Shown: piece by piece, positions 29,668-39,063 of the stretch
Numbering within the stretch: position 1 is the first letter of the stretch
How the letters are laid out: each line of letters begins with the position of its first letter
Source: an uncultured Pseudomonadales bacterium
GTDB taxonomy: Bacteria; Patescibacteriota; Microgenomatia; UBA1400; UBA1396
Length of the DNA stretch: 64,000 nt
Direction of reading: 5' to 3'
Assembly: GCA_964511175.1 (NCBI GenBank)
Contig: CAZEEI010000002.1
Coordinates: 2,063-66,062 of the forward strand
Notes under the pieces: model-generated
The model's database searches: none
Told to the model about the DNA's origin: nothing
Seen by the model: only the letters and a program-made list of their open reading frames with translations
Position numbers and translations under genes: made by a program

Positions 29668-30446
29668 TATTTGGTCCACTTCATCCATGGCGCTTCACCT
29701 TTTTGGATCAGCTCGTCCAAATATAACTTGTCCCTCAGAGTATCCATGCACTGCCAAAAACCGCTATGTTTATAAGCCATTAATTGGCCTTCCTGCGATA
29801 GACGCTCTAGTGGCGTTTTTTCTAAAACAGTATCATCCGCTTCGATATAATCAAATATTTGTGGTTCCAATACCATAAATCCACCATTAATCCAGCCGCC
29901 GTCCTCTTTTCTCTTTTCCGCAAAGCTATGAATCCGAGAATGCTCTGCTATATCCAACATGCCAAAGCGGCCACCCGGTTGTATAGCCGTTAATGTGGCT
30001 AACCTTTTATTTTTTCGATGAAACGCTAACAAGTTTTTGATATTAAGATCGCTTATGCCATCACCGTAAGTCAACATAAAAGACTTATCGCCAATATAAT
30101 TTTGGATGCGTTTAACCCGCCCGCCTGTCATAGAGTTTAAGCCAGTATCCACAATCGTTATCTTCCAAGGTTCGGCAACATTGTTGTGTACGGTTATTTT
30201 GCCGCCCTGAGAAAAATCGAATGTAATGTCGGAGCGATGTAAATAGTAATCCGCAAAATACTCTTTAATGAAATGTTGTTTATATCCAGCGCAAATAATA
30301 AAATCGTTAAAACCATAATACGAATAAAGCTTCATGATATGCCACAATATGGGTTGATCACCAATTTCAATCATTGGTTTTGGTTTTAAGTGGCTCTCCT
30401 CAATAATGCGGGCACCAAAACCACCAGCTAAAATTACAACTTTCAT
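29667..30446 (-). CDS. rfbF: Glucose-1-phosphate cytidylyltransferase
   Basis: MKVVILAGGFGAR, KPKPMIEIG..PILWHIMK, TGGR, TYGDG, WQCMDTLRD. Confidence 0.95.
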   Translation of the reverse strand: MKVVILAGGFGARIIEESHLKPKPMIEIGDQPILWHIMKLYSYYGFNDFIICAGYKQHFIKEYFADYYLHRSDITFDFSQGGKITVHNNVAEPWKITIVDTGLNSMTGGRVKRIQNYIGDKSFMLTYGDGISDLNIKNLLAFHRKNKRLATLTAIQPGGRFGMLDIAEHSRIHSFAEKRKEDGGWINGGFMVLEPQIFDYIEADDTVLEKTPLERLSQEGQLMAYKHSGFWQCMDTLRDKLYLDELIQKGEAPWMKWTK

Positions 30447-30492
30447 ATAACTTCCCAGCATTCTGACAGAGTTGAAGGTTAAAATCAAAAGT

Positions 30493-31449
30493 TTAACCGA
30501 GGAAATAAATAATCACCATTACCATCAAGCCAAAAACAATCACGGCCGTTAGTAATGGTTTGTCGCGCAGCAAAACCCGCTCTGGCGATTCGCCTTCGTT
30601 GCTTTCGTAAACTAACTGCAGGTAACGCATTACGCCGTAGATGACCACCGGTACGGTCGACATCAACCACTTTTGGGCGGTAAAGGCGCGGGGAACAAAG
30701 GACATTAGGGTAGGCAAGGGGCCACCAGTGACAGTATCTTCGTGTTGGAAAGCAAAAAGGGCGTAAGTCAGCCAAGTAGCGTTGGCGAACATGCTGGTAT
30801 AAATATCCAGCAAGCGGGTCGAGTATTTTTCCAGCGAGCGCCGCGCGGCAAAATTAATTTTTTCCGGCTTGTTTTCTGAACCGGCCAGTAAAGTACGTTC
30901 ACTTTGGCGTTTACCTACCGCCAAAAATAGTGAGGCCGAAATAACGGTAAGGAGAAACCAAACACTCATGTGGAGATTAACTACCACCGCGCCAGCGTAA
31001 ATGCGGATAATAAAGCCTGTAGCGATAGTTAAAACATCTAAAATAGCAATGTGCTTGAGGTAAAAGGAATACGCCAACTGTAAAGATAGATAGCTAACCA
31101 TTAGTAGAAAAACAAAAGGCGAGAGTAGCCAAGACCCGGCAAAAGCAATGGCAATCGCCCCAATTGCCACCGCGCTAGCCGTAGATACGGCCAGTTTGCC
31201 GGCGGGGATAGGTCGCTTTTTTTTAAAAGGATGCTGTTGATCCGACTTCCGGTCGATAATATCGTTAACGATATATATTCCTGAAGAAAGAAAACAAAAT
31301 AGGAAAAAGATAGCGGTAACCCGCCCAAAGTAGGCCGGAAAATTGTAAAAGAAAAAACCGGAAAAAATTAACGACGCAAACACCGACACGTTCTTAAGCC
31401 ACTGCCGTGGCCGAGCCGTTTTAAGGATATAGTAGGCGGTTTGGACCAT
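30493..31449 (-). CDS. UbiA-family polyprenyl-phosphate phosphoribosyltransferase (DPPR synthase-like)
   Basis: RPRQWLKN, YIVNDIIDRKSDQQHPFKKKRP, LFLAVGKR, GESPERVLLRD. Confidence 0.88.
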   Translation of the reverse strand: MVQTAYYILKTARPRQWLKNVSVFASLIFSGFFFYNFPAYFGRVTAIFFLFCFLSSGIYIVNDIIDRKSDQQHPFKKKRPIPAGKLAVSTASAVAIGAIAIAFAGSWLLSPFVFLLMVSYLSLQLAYSFYLKHIAILDVLTIATGFIIRIYAGAVVVNLHMSVWFLLTVISASLFLAVGKRQSERTLLAGSENKPEKINFAARRSLEKYSTRLLDIYTSMFANATWLTYALFAFQHEDTVTGGPLPTLMSFVPRAFTAQKWLMSTVPVVIYGVMRYLQLVYESNEGESPERVLLRDKPLLTAVIVFGLMVMVIIYFLG

Positions 31450-31467
31450 TGAGTTAAGTATAGCAGT

Positions 31468-32535
31468 TTAACGTCGAAAACGAAGGCGGTGGTTGAGCCA
31501 CAGCAATAACAATACGAATAGAGTACCGGCTGCTACTAGAGCGTAGGTTTTGGCTTGACTATTTAATTGCAGGGCGATTAGACCGAATATTAGGGTAGTT
31601 AGCCAATAAAACAGGGCGATGCGCCGCCGGCCCCAACCCAAGTCGAGTAGTCGGTGATGAAGGTGGCCGCGGTCTCCCCAAAATGGTGATTTACCTGCGG
31701 CCAGGCGGCGTGTGACCGTAAACAAGCCATCTGCCGTTGGAATGGCCAGTAGCAACAACGCTGTAGCAATTTTAGCGCCGGAAAGAATAGCCAAAACTGC
31801 CAAAAAATAACCAGCTAACGAACCTCCGGCGTAGCCAGGCATCATTTTTTGCGGATACATGTTCCAAACTAATAAACCGGCGTAGGCGCCGCTCACGGCC
31901 AAAGCCAAAGCGGTTACTACGCCCTGAGTAATATCGGCTTGAAAACGTAGGGAAAGCAGGGCGATAAAAAAAGCGGCAATAGAGACAAATCCCGGCAACT
32001 GGCCGTCCACTCCCTTGGACCAGTTCACCGCATTCATGTTCCAAACGATCCAGAATAATGCTAGGCCGTTGGCTAGTAAAGCCAAGGTAATTGACCAACC
32101 AAAAATACTCATCTGCCAAGCCTGGCTAGTGAAATCAATAACGCCCGGTCCCACCGGGTTGGTGACAAAATTAATACTTACCCCGCCCAAGATGACGCTC
32201 AAGCCAGCCGCGATGTTGAGCAAGTAGCGTAAATAGGGATTGAGATCATAGTGGTCGTCAAGGGTGCCGCTAATCAGCAAAATTAGAGCGCCGAGGGCGA
32301 TCCCCCACAGAGCGGGCGAAAAGGGTTGGAAGAAAAAACCAGCGGCGACAATACCTGCCATTACCACTAAACCGCCGCCGCGCGGCACTGGTTCACGATG
32401 AGTAGTTTTAGCTTCAGGTTTTTGTTTAGGGTCATCGATCCAGCCCAGTCGTTGGTAGAGAGCGATAACCAGAGGAGCGCTAAGTGTTGCTATCCAGAAA
32501 GATACTAACCAAGGCAGTAAGCGAACTAGGATCAC
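31468..32535 (-). CDS. Polyprenyl-phosphate HexNAc-1-phosphate transferase (WecA/TagO type)
   Basis: VPRGGG, GTLDD, MNAVNWSKGVDG, DRGHLHHRLL. Confidence 0.9.
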   Translation of the reverse strand: MILVRLLPWLVSFWIATLSAPLVIALYQRLGWIDDPKQKPEAKTTHREPVPRGGGLVVMAGIVAAGFFFQPFSPALWGIALGALILLISGTLDDHYDLNPYLRYLLNIAAGLSVILGGVSINFVTNPVGPGVIDFTSQAWQMSIFGWSITLALLANGLALFWIVWNMNAVNWSKGVDGQLPGFVSIAAFFIALLSLRFQADITQGVVTALALAVSGAYAGLLVWNMYPQKMMPGYAGGSLAGYFLAVLAILSGAKIATALLLLAIPTADGLFTVTRRLAAGKSPFWGDRGHLHHRLLDLGWGRRRIALFYWLTTLIFGLIALQLNSQAKTYALVAAGTLFVLLLLWLNHRLRFRR

Positions 32536-32879
32536 AACACCACCTTAGCAATGCGTAAAAAAGCAATCAGCAACATAGTCAATAAGGCTAAGCCACTTCC
32601 TAAGGATAGTGCGGCAACATACTTTTCGTGATCCAAAGCGGTATGGCGGCCAAACCAGAGTGTTGCGGCAGTGATTGCTAGTGCCAAAGCGGGGACACTG
32701 ATAACCCAAATCTTAGGTACCAGCTGTTCTTCACTAACGGTTAGAGAATACCAGAGTGGCAACAACGGCGGCCCCCAAATAAAAAGTAGGATGGCTAAGA
32801 GACTAATTGACCCGGTCAGAACCAAAATAGTACTAACTAACCATTGTTGACCGGGGTGATAATGAGGTAGCCAGGACAT
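32532..32879 (-). CDS. Small three-TM membrane protein
   Basis: PPLLPLWYS..EEQL motif, hydrophobic; stop overlaps next start. Confidence 0.65.
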   Translation of the reverse strand: MSWLPHYHPGQQWLVSTILVLTGSISLLAILLFIWGPPLLPLWYSLTVSEEQLVPKIWVISVPALALAITAATLWFGRHTALDHEKYVAALSLGSGLALLTMLLIAFLRIAKVVL

Positions 32880-32885
32880 GTCCTG

Positions 32886-34424
32886 CTATTGTACCAAGAA
32901 ACGCCGGTAGAGAACCATATCCTCCGTGTTCTCTAGAACAAAATAATTTTGCTGCAGATAAGTCGCTAGCTCTGGTAGGGGGGATTCCTCCTTCATCACA
33001 ATAATCAGGGGCGGTTGGTTGTGTTCGATAGCCTGCAGGGTTTCAGCATAAGCCTGCAAATCTTTAATGTGGAAACTAACCGTAAACCGGCCAGTCGGTA
33101 TCCTTTGGGTAAGGGCGTAAAGCATAGGATTAGTTCCCCAGATGAACAGGCGATCCTCAGGCAGAGATCGGCTCGTAATTAAATCGGCTAAAAGCTGATT
33201 TTGGGTAGTAAGACGGTTGAAATCAGACCAATATTGTTCACGGTTGATTCGGCCAGTAGCGTAATACCAAAATCGATTGTAATAAGCCAACAGTGGCCAA
33301 GAGCGAAAGTTAAGTAAAAATAAAGCACTCAAGGTGATCAACCAAACCGCAACCACCAAACAGCGTTCGCCAAGTTTGGCTTTACGCTGGCTGAATAGAA
33401 TTATGGACAGCACTAGGGGTGGTGCCAGCTGCAGAAGGTAATGTGGGTAGGGTCGGTTAGATAAAAGAGCCGCAAAAAGGGTGGATAGCAACCAAAAAGC
33501 AGACCAAGCAGTGAGGTAGTTGATTTGACGCAGCTTAGTTAATCCGCTGGCCGCGGCAAAGATCACTAACAGAATGAGAGTTTTTCCCGGGAGGGAAAAA
33601 AGCCAGACCAAAATAGGCTGAGTAAAGGGTAAGCTCCAGTTCTGACTATAGTGTAGGTTGTACAGTAAACCGAATTGTAAATAATTGGCTAAAGTGCCAC
33701 GTCCCCAAAAGTAGAGTATAGAGGCTAAGATGGCGGTGATTACACCGGTACCGAAGATCATCATCGGTTGCAAGACTGTCCAGCGCCAACGTTTGGCTGT
33801 CATTAGTTCAAACCAAAACAGAGAAGCTAGGGCGCCAGCATCCAAAAGAGCCGGTACTTTAGTTAAGATACCTAAACCAGCTAGTACACCGGCGGTAAAT
33901 ACTAAATAAAGCCAACGGCGCGTCGGCTGGCGTTCTCTAGTTAATAACCAAAGGGAGGCGGTAATAAAGCCCAAAACAAACAGTTCGCCGTTGGGAACAT
34001 TACCCTCCAAAGCTGGCAAGCTGGTTAAAATAACAAACAGAGTTCCGGCTATTACCGCGGCGATTGGGGTTAATAGACGGCGCGCCGCATGATAGAAAAA
34101 CAAGCTGGCGGCGGCCATCCAGCCAATCAGCAAAAGGCGAAACCAGGTTTGATTAGGCACCATGGCTAACCAGTAAATAAGCGGTGTTTTATGGTCGACA
34201 ATATCAGCATACAAACGCAGACCATGGCGGAGCGCGTGGCCAATCGTCAAATAGATAGCTTCATCGCCATACCAGTAGGGTTCGGCCAGATTGGGTAAAC
34301 GCAGTAGAAATAACAGAACCAATAGGCACAGAGAAACTTCGTGGTGGTTGGCCCATTGCTTTAATTGATCGATCAACTTGCCTAAGCGATTCTGCCAAAC
34401 GGTAATCAAAGCCAGCTGGACCAT
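32886..34424 (-). CDS. GT-C fold (ArnT/PMT-like) glycosyltransferase
   Basis: WYGDEAIY, LYADIVDHKTPL, multi-TM, soluble C-terminal domain. Confidence 0.8.
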   Translation of the reverse strand: MVQLALITVWQNRLGKLIDQLKQWANHHEVSLCLLVLLFLLRLPNLAEPYWYGDEAIYLTIGHALRHGLRLYADIVDHKTPLIYWLAMVPNQTWFRLLLIGWMAAASLFFYHAARRLLTPIAAVIAGTLFVILTSLPALEGNVPNGELFVLGFITASLWLLTRERQPTRRWLYLVFTAGVLAGLGILTKVPALLDAGALASLFWFELMTAKRWRWTVLQPMMIFGTGVITAILASILYFWGRGTLANYLQFGLLYNLHYSQNWSLPFTQPILVWLFSLPGKTLILLVIFAAASGLTKLRQINYLTAWSAFWLLSTLFAALLSNRPYPHYLLQLAPPLVLSIILFSQRKAKLGERCLVVAVWLITLSALFLLNFRSWPLLAYYNRFWYYATGRINREQYWSDFNRLTTQNQLLADLITSRSLPEDRLFIWGTNPMLYALTQRIPTGRFTVSFHIKDLQAYAETLQAIEHNQPPLIIVMKEESPLPELATYLQQNYFVLENTEDMVLYRRFLVQ

Positions 34425-34439
34425 TATTCAAGCATAAAA

Positions 34440-34448
34440 TGGTATAAT
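34440..34448 (+). promoter_or_regulatory. Extended -10 promoter (TGGTATAAT) for ssrA
   Basis: TGnTATAAT ending 14 nt before the mature tmRNA 5' end. Confidence 0.6.
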
Positions 34449-34462
34449 AGAGAGGTCAATGC

Positions 34463-34874
34463 GGGGATGCATCGACTTGACGGAAAATGCTCGTGAACAT
34501 CGGCGCGTCGGTTGGCCCACGTTAAGGGTCAAAACAACAAAATTGTCAATACTTTTGACAAAGCCGTTGCCAAGGTTAAGTCTACTTTTAACGAAGTAGC
34601 TATGGCCTTCTTCGGTACTGGTGAGCTCGCTACTTTAAAAATAGCGTAACACTGGTCATTCATTCGTTCGGTTTCAGATACGCCGGCGGATGGGTGAAAA
34701 CCTAGTATCTGTTCAAGACATAGCGGTTTGGCCGCCGCTGGTCCCACGTTTAAGGGTCAGCGCGAGACAGGGTTCGGTTAGTCTTTCCCTTCTCGTCCGA
34801 GCTAAGGCTAAATTACACGCGTAGATGATGTTGACTTGGTTTTTCGGACTCGGGTTCATTACCCGACATCTCCA
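34463..34874 (+). ncRNA. ssrA: tmRNA
   Basis: Acceptor GGGGAUG/CAUCUCC with G3-U70 and A discriminator, GAC + T-arm UCGGG-UUCAUUA-CCCGA, internal tag ORF 34545..34649 ending LKIA-stop. Confidence 0.9.
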
Positions 34875-34876
34875 CT

Positions 34877-35350
34877 TTACGGCAAGCCGGCGGCCAGGTG
34901 CTGTCGGCTTTTTTGGAGTCGGTAACGAAAATCTGGATCACGCCAAAGTCGATGAATGGGAGGATCTCCCTGAACCAGGTTCCAGCAACTAACGGTGAAG
35001 TTACGTAATTCTTGATTAGATTGATAATAGGGTGCCGTTGCTTCTAAACCGAAAATAATTTGACAACGCAGGCCACTCACTACTTTTTGAATAAATTCGA
35101 TGGTGGGGTTAGTTTGCAGCGTTTCTAATCGTGAAATATCAGGTTGAGATAGACCGATTCTTTGAGCCAGTGCGGCTTGGGTTAAGCCTTGTCCGATTCG
35201 CTGCCGCCGGATTTGTTGAGTGATTTGCCACTTTAGATCGCTAAAACGGAGTTCATAGAGGATTTGTTCATATTCTTGTACCTGCTCAAGGCGATGGCCA
35301 TATCGCGAACGTGGTTTACCACGTAGAGGGGAAGTGTGTCGTTTTAACAT
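34877..35350 (-). CDS. XRE/Cro-C1 HTH protein (HigA-like)
   Basis: RRQRIGQGLTQAALAQRIGLSQPDISRLE..NPTI. Alternative start at 35380. Confidence 0.8.
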   Translation of the reverse strand: MLKRHTSPLRGKPRSRYGHRLEQVQEYEQILYELRFSDLKWQITQQIRRQRIGQGLTQAALAQRIGLSQPDISRLETLQTNPTIEFIQKVVSGLRCQIIFGLEATAPYYQSNQELRNFTVSCWNLVQGDPPIHRLWRDPDFRYRLQKSRQHLAAGLP

Positions 35351-35488
35351 AGCCCCATTTATAGCGTGAAAAACATACACAATGATTACGTATCTTTAGT
35401 AAAAAGACAACATCTATCAATGTTTATTCTGGTTAAAAATCCGAAATTATAATATTTAATTATTGGCTTGAGTAATAAACTACGTTGC

Positions 35489-37807
35489 CTATATGCGTTT
35501 CACGTTATGCAACAACTGCTGAAAAAAAGAATGATATCTCTGCCTACTAAATATCACTGCTGTAGTCATTAGCAACGCTGTCAGTATGCTAATAGTAATT
35601 CCCCAGCTTATTTCCTGCGGCCAGTATTTTAGTTTTATTTGGTTTTCACCATTAACGATGGTAATACGGCGCATTCCCTGCCAATTTTGTACTTCTATCG
35701 GTTGGCCGTTAACAGTGGCTTGCCAGCCTGTTTCGTAGCGGTCGGCAATGATTAATCGCGAATGATTATTCTGATTTTGCAGAGTAAAAGAAAGCGAGTT
35801 GGGTGTTTGCGTAAAATCACCTAGCTCAACGGCTGTATTGTCCTCAAAACGAAAACGAGTCGCAGCCGGTAATTCATAAATAGTCCAATTTTGATTTTCG
35901 TAAACCACGGGATAATTAATCGGTTCTTTAGGCGAAAACCATTTATCGACCACGTAATACTTAACCGACCAATTGGCTAGTAATGAGTTATTCAGAGCGA
36001 TTGGTGATAACAAATTGATCCGCGATTCGATTTCCAGTGGTTCCCAAATTCGCTGGTAATCGGTTGGTAACAAAGTGGTATAACCATTAACTACCGGAAC
36101 ACCAGCCACCAGATTCCAGTCTGGGGTTAAACCATCGCGCAAACGCCGAAGATGCTGGCTACTACGTTGTTCGGCACTATCCACAAAGGAGTCGGAAAAA
36201 GGTGCCCGAACCGCCACAGCTTCCCAATAGGAACCGTAATCGGTATAGGGTTGATTAAGGTTGCGCGTTAGTGTGCGGTATTGATGGTCGTGCAGGGGTT
36301 TAATCTGGGTCAACTGGTTAAAATGAGTGGGAGTGGCATAGACCTCGTTTTGGGCAAATAATAATAAAGCTTGGGAGTTAATCACTCCCTCCAAAATCAG
36401 GACGGCAGTTAAAAGAGGGAAGACTTTATGCCGCCAGAGTTGCCACGTTAGCCAGCCGAAACCAGCATTAATAGTTAAATTGACGGCAATCAGACTAATA
36501 ATTAAGCGGTCGCGTGCTAGGGTGTGAAAAGGACTAAGACTTAGTTTATGTTGGACTAGCCAATCGACCCATTGCCAGCTCTGATCAGGATACAAACGCC
36601 AAAAAAGCAAAGTAACTAAACCGGTTAGTAAAACTATTACCAGTCCGGGGTTAGCCCAGCGGTATAACCAACGCGGCGGCTGCCAGTGGGCAGCCGCCGC
36701 CGCCACTAACACCAAACCAAAAATTTCGGTAATAATTAACCAAGAACTGGGATAACGTACCATGCTTAATCCAGGAATATTGGTCAGCAACCAAAGATAT
36801 CCTGGCAAGCGGCTACCAAAAGATAAACCTAAACTTGCCAATGTTCCCCAGATGATTAAACGGTTAAGTCGATTGCGCCATAGTTGGCGCCAGTTGGTAG
36901 TGATTAACGCGGCCAATCCCAGCCAACTAAAAAAGGGCATGGCAGTAGGGTAAAAGTTCCAATTAGGCCCCCACCGAATGCCAAAAAGAGGAGCATCAAA
37001 GAAATATGGTAGGACGATTTTAATTAATTCGGCCGGATGTAAGGAGCCGCGCACCGCTTGGGCTGCTGACTGTAGCTGGCGAGTGGAAGTTAATAAGGTG
37101 GTGATAAATGGTAGAGTTATTGCCGCCGTCAGGCCGAGTGCTAAGCCCACTGCTGCAGTCCAAGCACTAAACCAGCGACGCCAATGACGATCAACCTTAG
37201 CCAGGGAGAGCCAAGCCGCCGCGGGCAAACTGATTAACAAATGTTGCGGATAACCGGCGCCCACCTGTCCGGCAATGAGCAGAGTAAAACGCAAAATCGG
37301 CCAAAGACGCCACTCTAGATTTAACCCACCCCAAATAATCCAGGGAAACCAACTGAGTGACTGGAGCGTCGCTAAATTATTAGCGCTTCCCACCCATAAG
37401 CTTGAACAGGCCCATAAACCAGCCGCGACTAGTGACCACCAGTGGTGTTTGGTTATCGATTTAGTCAGGAGATACATACCAACGCCGGTAAAGACAAAAT
37501 AAACCAAAACAATAAAATTAAGAGCCAAAGCGGGTGGCAAAATAACAAAAGGTAGCACGGTGGGAGAAAATGGTGTTTGACTAATATCGCCTACCCAATT
37601 AAGACCAGAGAATAGTAGGGGGTTCCACAGTGGCCAGACGCCCCGACGCAGCCAGTACGCTGTCCAAATTTTTCCCGGCATTAGTAGAGAGTAATTATCA
37701 CCAAAGAAAAGGGTTTGTCCTAACCAAAAGGGAAAGTAACGCAGTGATGCCGCGCCCAGCATAAATAAAAAAGTTTGACCAAGCGATGATCGTAACCACG
37801 CTTTCAC
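35489..37807 (-). CDS. YfhO-family GT-C membrane protein
   Basis: PLWNPLLFSG, multi-TM core, C-terminal YETGWQATVNG...GENQIKLKYWP plus TM. Confidence 0.88.
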   Translation of the reverse strand: MKAWLRSSLGQTFLFMLGAASLRYFPFWLGQTLFFGDNYSLLMPGKIWTAYWLRRGVWPLWNPLLFSGLNWVGDISQTPFSPTVLPFVILPPALALNFIVLVYFVFTGVGMYLLTKSITKHHWWSLVAAGLWACSSLWVGSANNLATLQSLSWFPWIIWGGLNLEWRLWPILRFTLLIAGQVGAGYPQHLLISLPAAAWLSLAKVDRHWRRWFSAWTAAVGLALGLTAAITLPFITTLLTSTRQLQSAAQAVRGSLHPAELIKIVLPYFFDAPLFGIRWGPNWNFYPTAMPFFSWLGLAALITTNWRQLWRNRLNRLIIWGTLASLGLSFGSRLPGYLWLLTNIPGLSMVRYPSSWLIITEIFGLVLVAAAAAHWQPPRWLYRWANPGLVIVLLTGLVTLLFWRLYPDQSWQWVDWLVQHKLSLSPFHTLARDRLIISLIAVNLTINAGFGWLTWQLWRHKVFPLLTAVLILEGVINSQALLLFAQNEVYATPTHFNQLTQIKPLHDHQYRTLTRNLNQPYTDYGSYWEAVAVRAPFSDSFVDSAEQRSSQHLRRLRDGLTPDWNLVAGVPVVNGYTTLLPTDYQRIWEPLEIESRINLLSPIALNNSLLANWSVKYYVVDKWFSPKEPINYPVVYENQNWTIYELPAATRFRFEDNTAVELGDFTQTPNSLSFTLQNQNNHSRLIIADRYETGWQATVNGQPIEVQNWQGMRRITIVNGENQIKLKYWPQEISWGITISILTALLMTTAVIFSRQRYHSFFQQLLHNVKRI

Positions 37808-38352
37808 TTAACCGCCTTGAGAAAAATATTTACTCCCAACTCCCAGTACCCTACTTGGGCGACTTGCAGGCCGGCCGATTTAACTATTTTGCGTAGCAGA
37901 TGAGGTGTGAAGTAGGTCTCGTGTTGTTCAATCATTTCATCACGCACCAGACCAATTTTAGACATCACGTCAAGAATTGGTTTACCGGCTGGGGATGGTA
38001 CGGTAATCAGTAAAACTCCGCCAGGTTTGAGAATACGGGTTATTTCCTTAATAGTGCGTTCAGGATGGGGCAGGTGTTCCAAAACAGCTAGCATAGTAAC
38101 GGCGTCAGCGACATGATCGGGAAGGGGCAATTTTTGGGTTAAATCGGCATGCCGAATTTCGACATTAGCGAACTTCTGCGGTTTGGCCACAATATCCAAA
38201 CCATACACTTTTTTCATTCGTCCCATTTGCCGTTTTACTAACACCATTTCTTCATCACAGCCTAAATCGACCAACACGCCGCCAGAAGATAAATGCGGTT
38301 CGACCTTTTTGATTCTTAACCACTGGAGTAGAGGTTCAATGCCAGCTTGCAT
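37804..38352 (-). CDS. Class I SAM-dependent methyltransferase
   Basis: LVDLGC, AVLEHL, RILKPGGVLLITVP. Confidence 0.9.
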   Translation of the reverse strand: MQAGIEPLLQWLRIKKVEPHLSSGGVLVDLGCDEEMVLVKRQMGRMKKVYGLDIVAKPQKFANVEIRHADLTQKLPLPDHVADAVTMLAVLEHLPHPERTIKEITRILKPGGVLLITVPSPAGKPILDVMSKIGLVRDEMIEQHETYFTPHLLRKIVKSAGLQVAQVGYWELGVNIFLKAVK

Positions 38353-38361
38353 ATTTTTTCC

Positions 38362-39033
38362 TTAACTAAGGCGCAAATGGAGGATAGTTTTTAGAGCGGT
38401 AATGCCATCGCGCCAAGTAATTTTTTTGCCCTCATTAAAATCTCGACCAACGTAAGTGATAGGGACTTCAAAGATGTGTTTTCCTTGTCTGAGCAATTTG
38501 CAGGTAATCTCCGGTTCCAATTCGAAAGAGTTAGCAATTAAGTTCAGCTCGCGCAACAAGGCGGTTGGCGCCACTTTATAACAAGTTTCCATATCGGTGA
38601 GAGTGGTGTTATACAAAACATTGACGGCAAAGTTAAGAAAATCGTTACCCTTGCGGTGCCAATAAAGTAAATTGCGGTGTGGTCCCAGAAAGCGCGATCC
38701 ATATACAATTTCGGCGTAGCCCTTTTTGATTGGATCGAGCAGTAGGGGGATGTCACTAGGATTGTATTCAAGATCGGCATCTTGGATCAAAACGTAATCG
38801 CCAATGGCCTTGGCCAATCCTAGTCGTACCGCACTGCCTTTACCACCGTTCTTCTTGCGCAGAAGGTGTACCTTATGATGTTTACAGGTTTGCAGGATGC
38901 GCCAGGTTCGATCGGTGGAACCGTCATCCACAACGATAATTTCGTGGACACTGTGTTGGCCAACCAAGCGCTCCAGCAGTATCTTAACCGTTTTTTCTTC
39001 GTTATAAACCGGGACAATAACCGAAAGTTTCAT
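38362..39033 (-). CDS. Polyprenol-phosphate glycosyltransferase (GT2, Dpm1-like)
   Basis: PVYNE, VDDGSTD, GKGSA, QDADLEY, DMETCYK, EPEIT. Confidence 0.9.
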   Translation of the reverse strand: MKLSVIVPVYNEEKTVKILLERLVGQHSVHEIIVVDDGSTDRTWRILQTCKHHKVHLLRKKNGGKGSAVRLGLAKAIGDYVLIQDADLEYNPSDIPLLLDPIKKGYAEIVYGSRFLGPHRNLLYWHRKGNDFLNFAVNVLYNTTLTDMETCYKVAPTALLRELNLIANSFELEPEITCKLLRQGKHIFEVPITYVGRDFNEGKKITWRDGITALKTILHLRLS

Positions 39034-39063
39034 ATACTCGATTCGAGTGTATCATTCCCGGAT

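Noticed and set aside
30477-30498. GGTTAAA/TTTAACC inverted repeat as an integron attC site at the cassette edge
   Set aside because: Core sites are in the wrong order, the element is too short and no integron integrase is present
34529-34747. 72-aa minus-strand ORF
   Set aside because: Antisense to tmRNA
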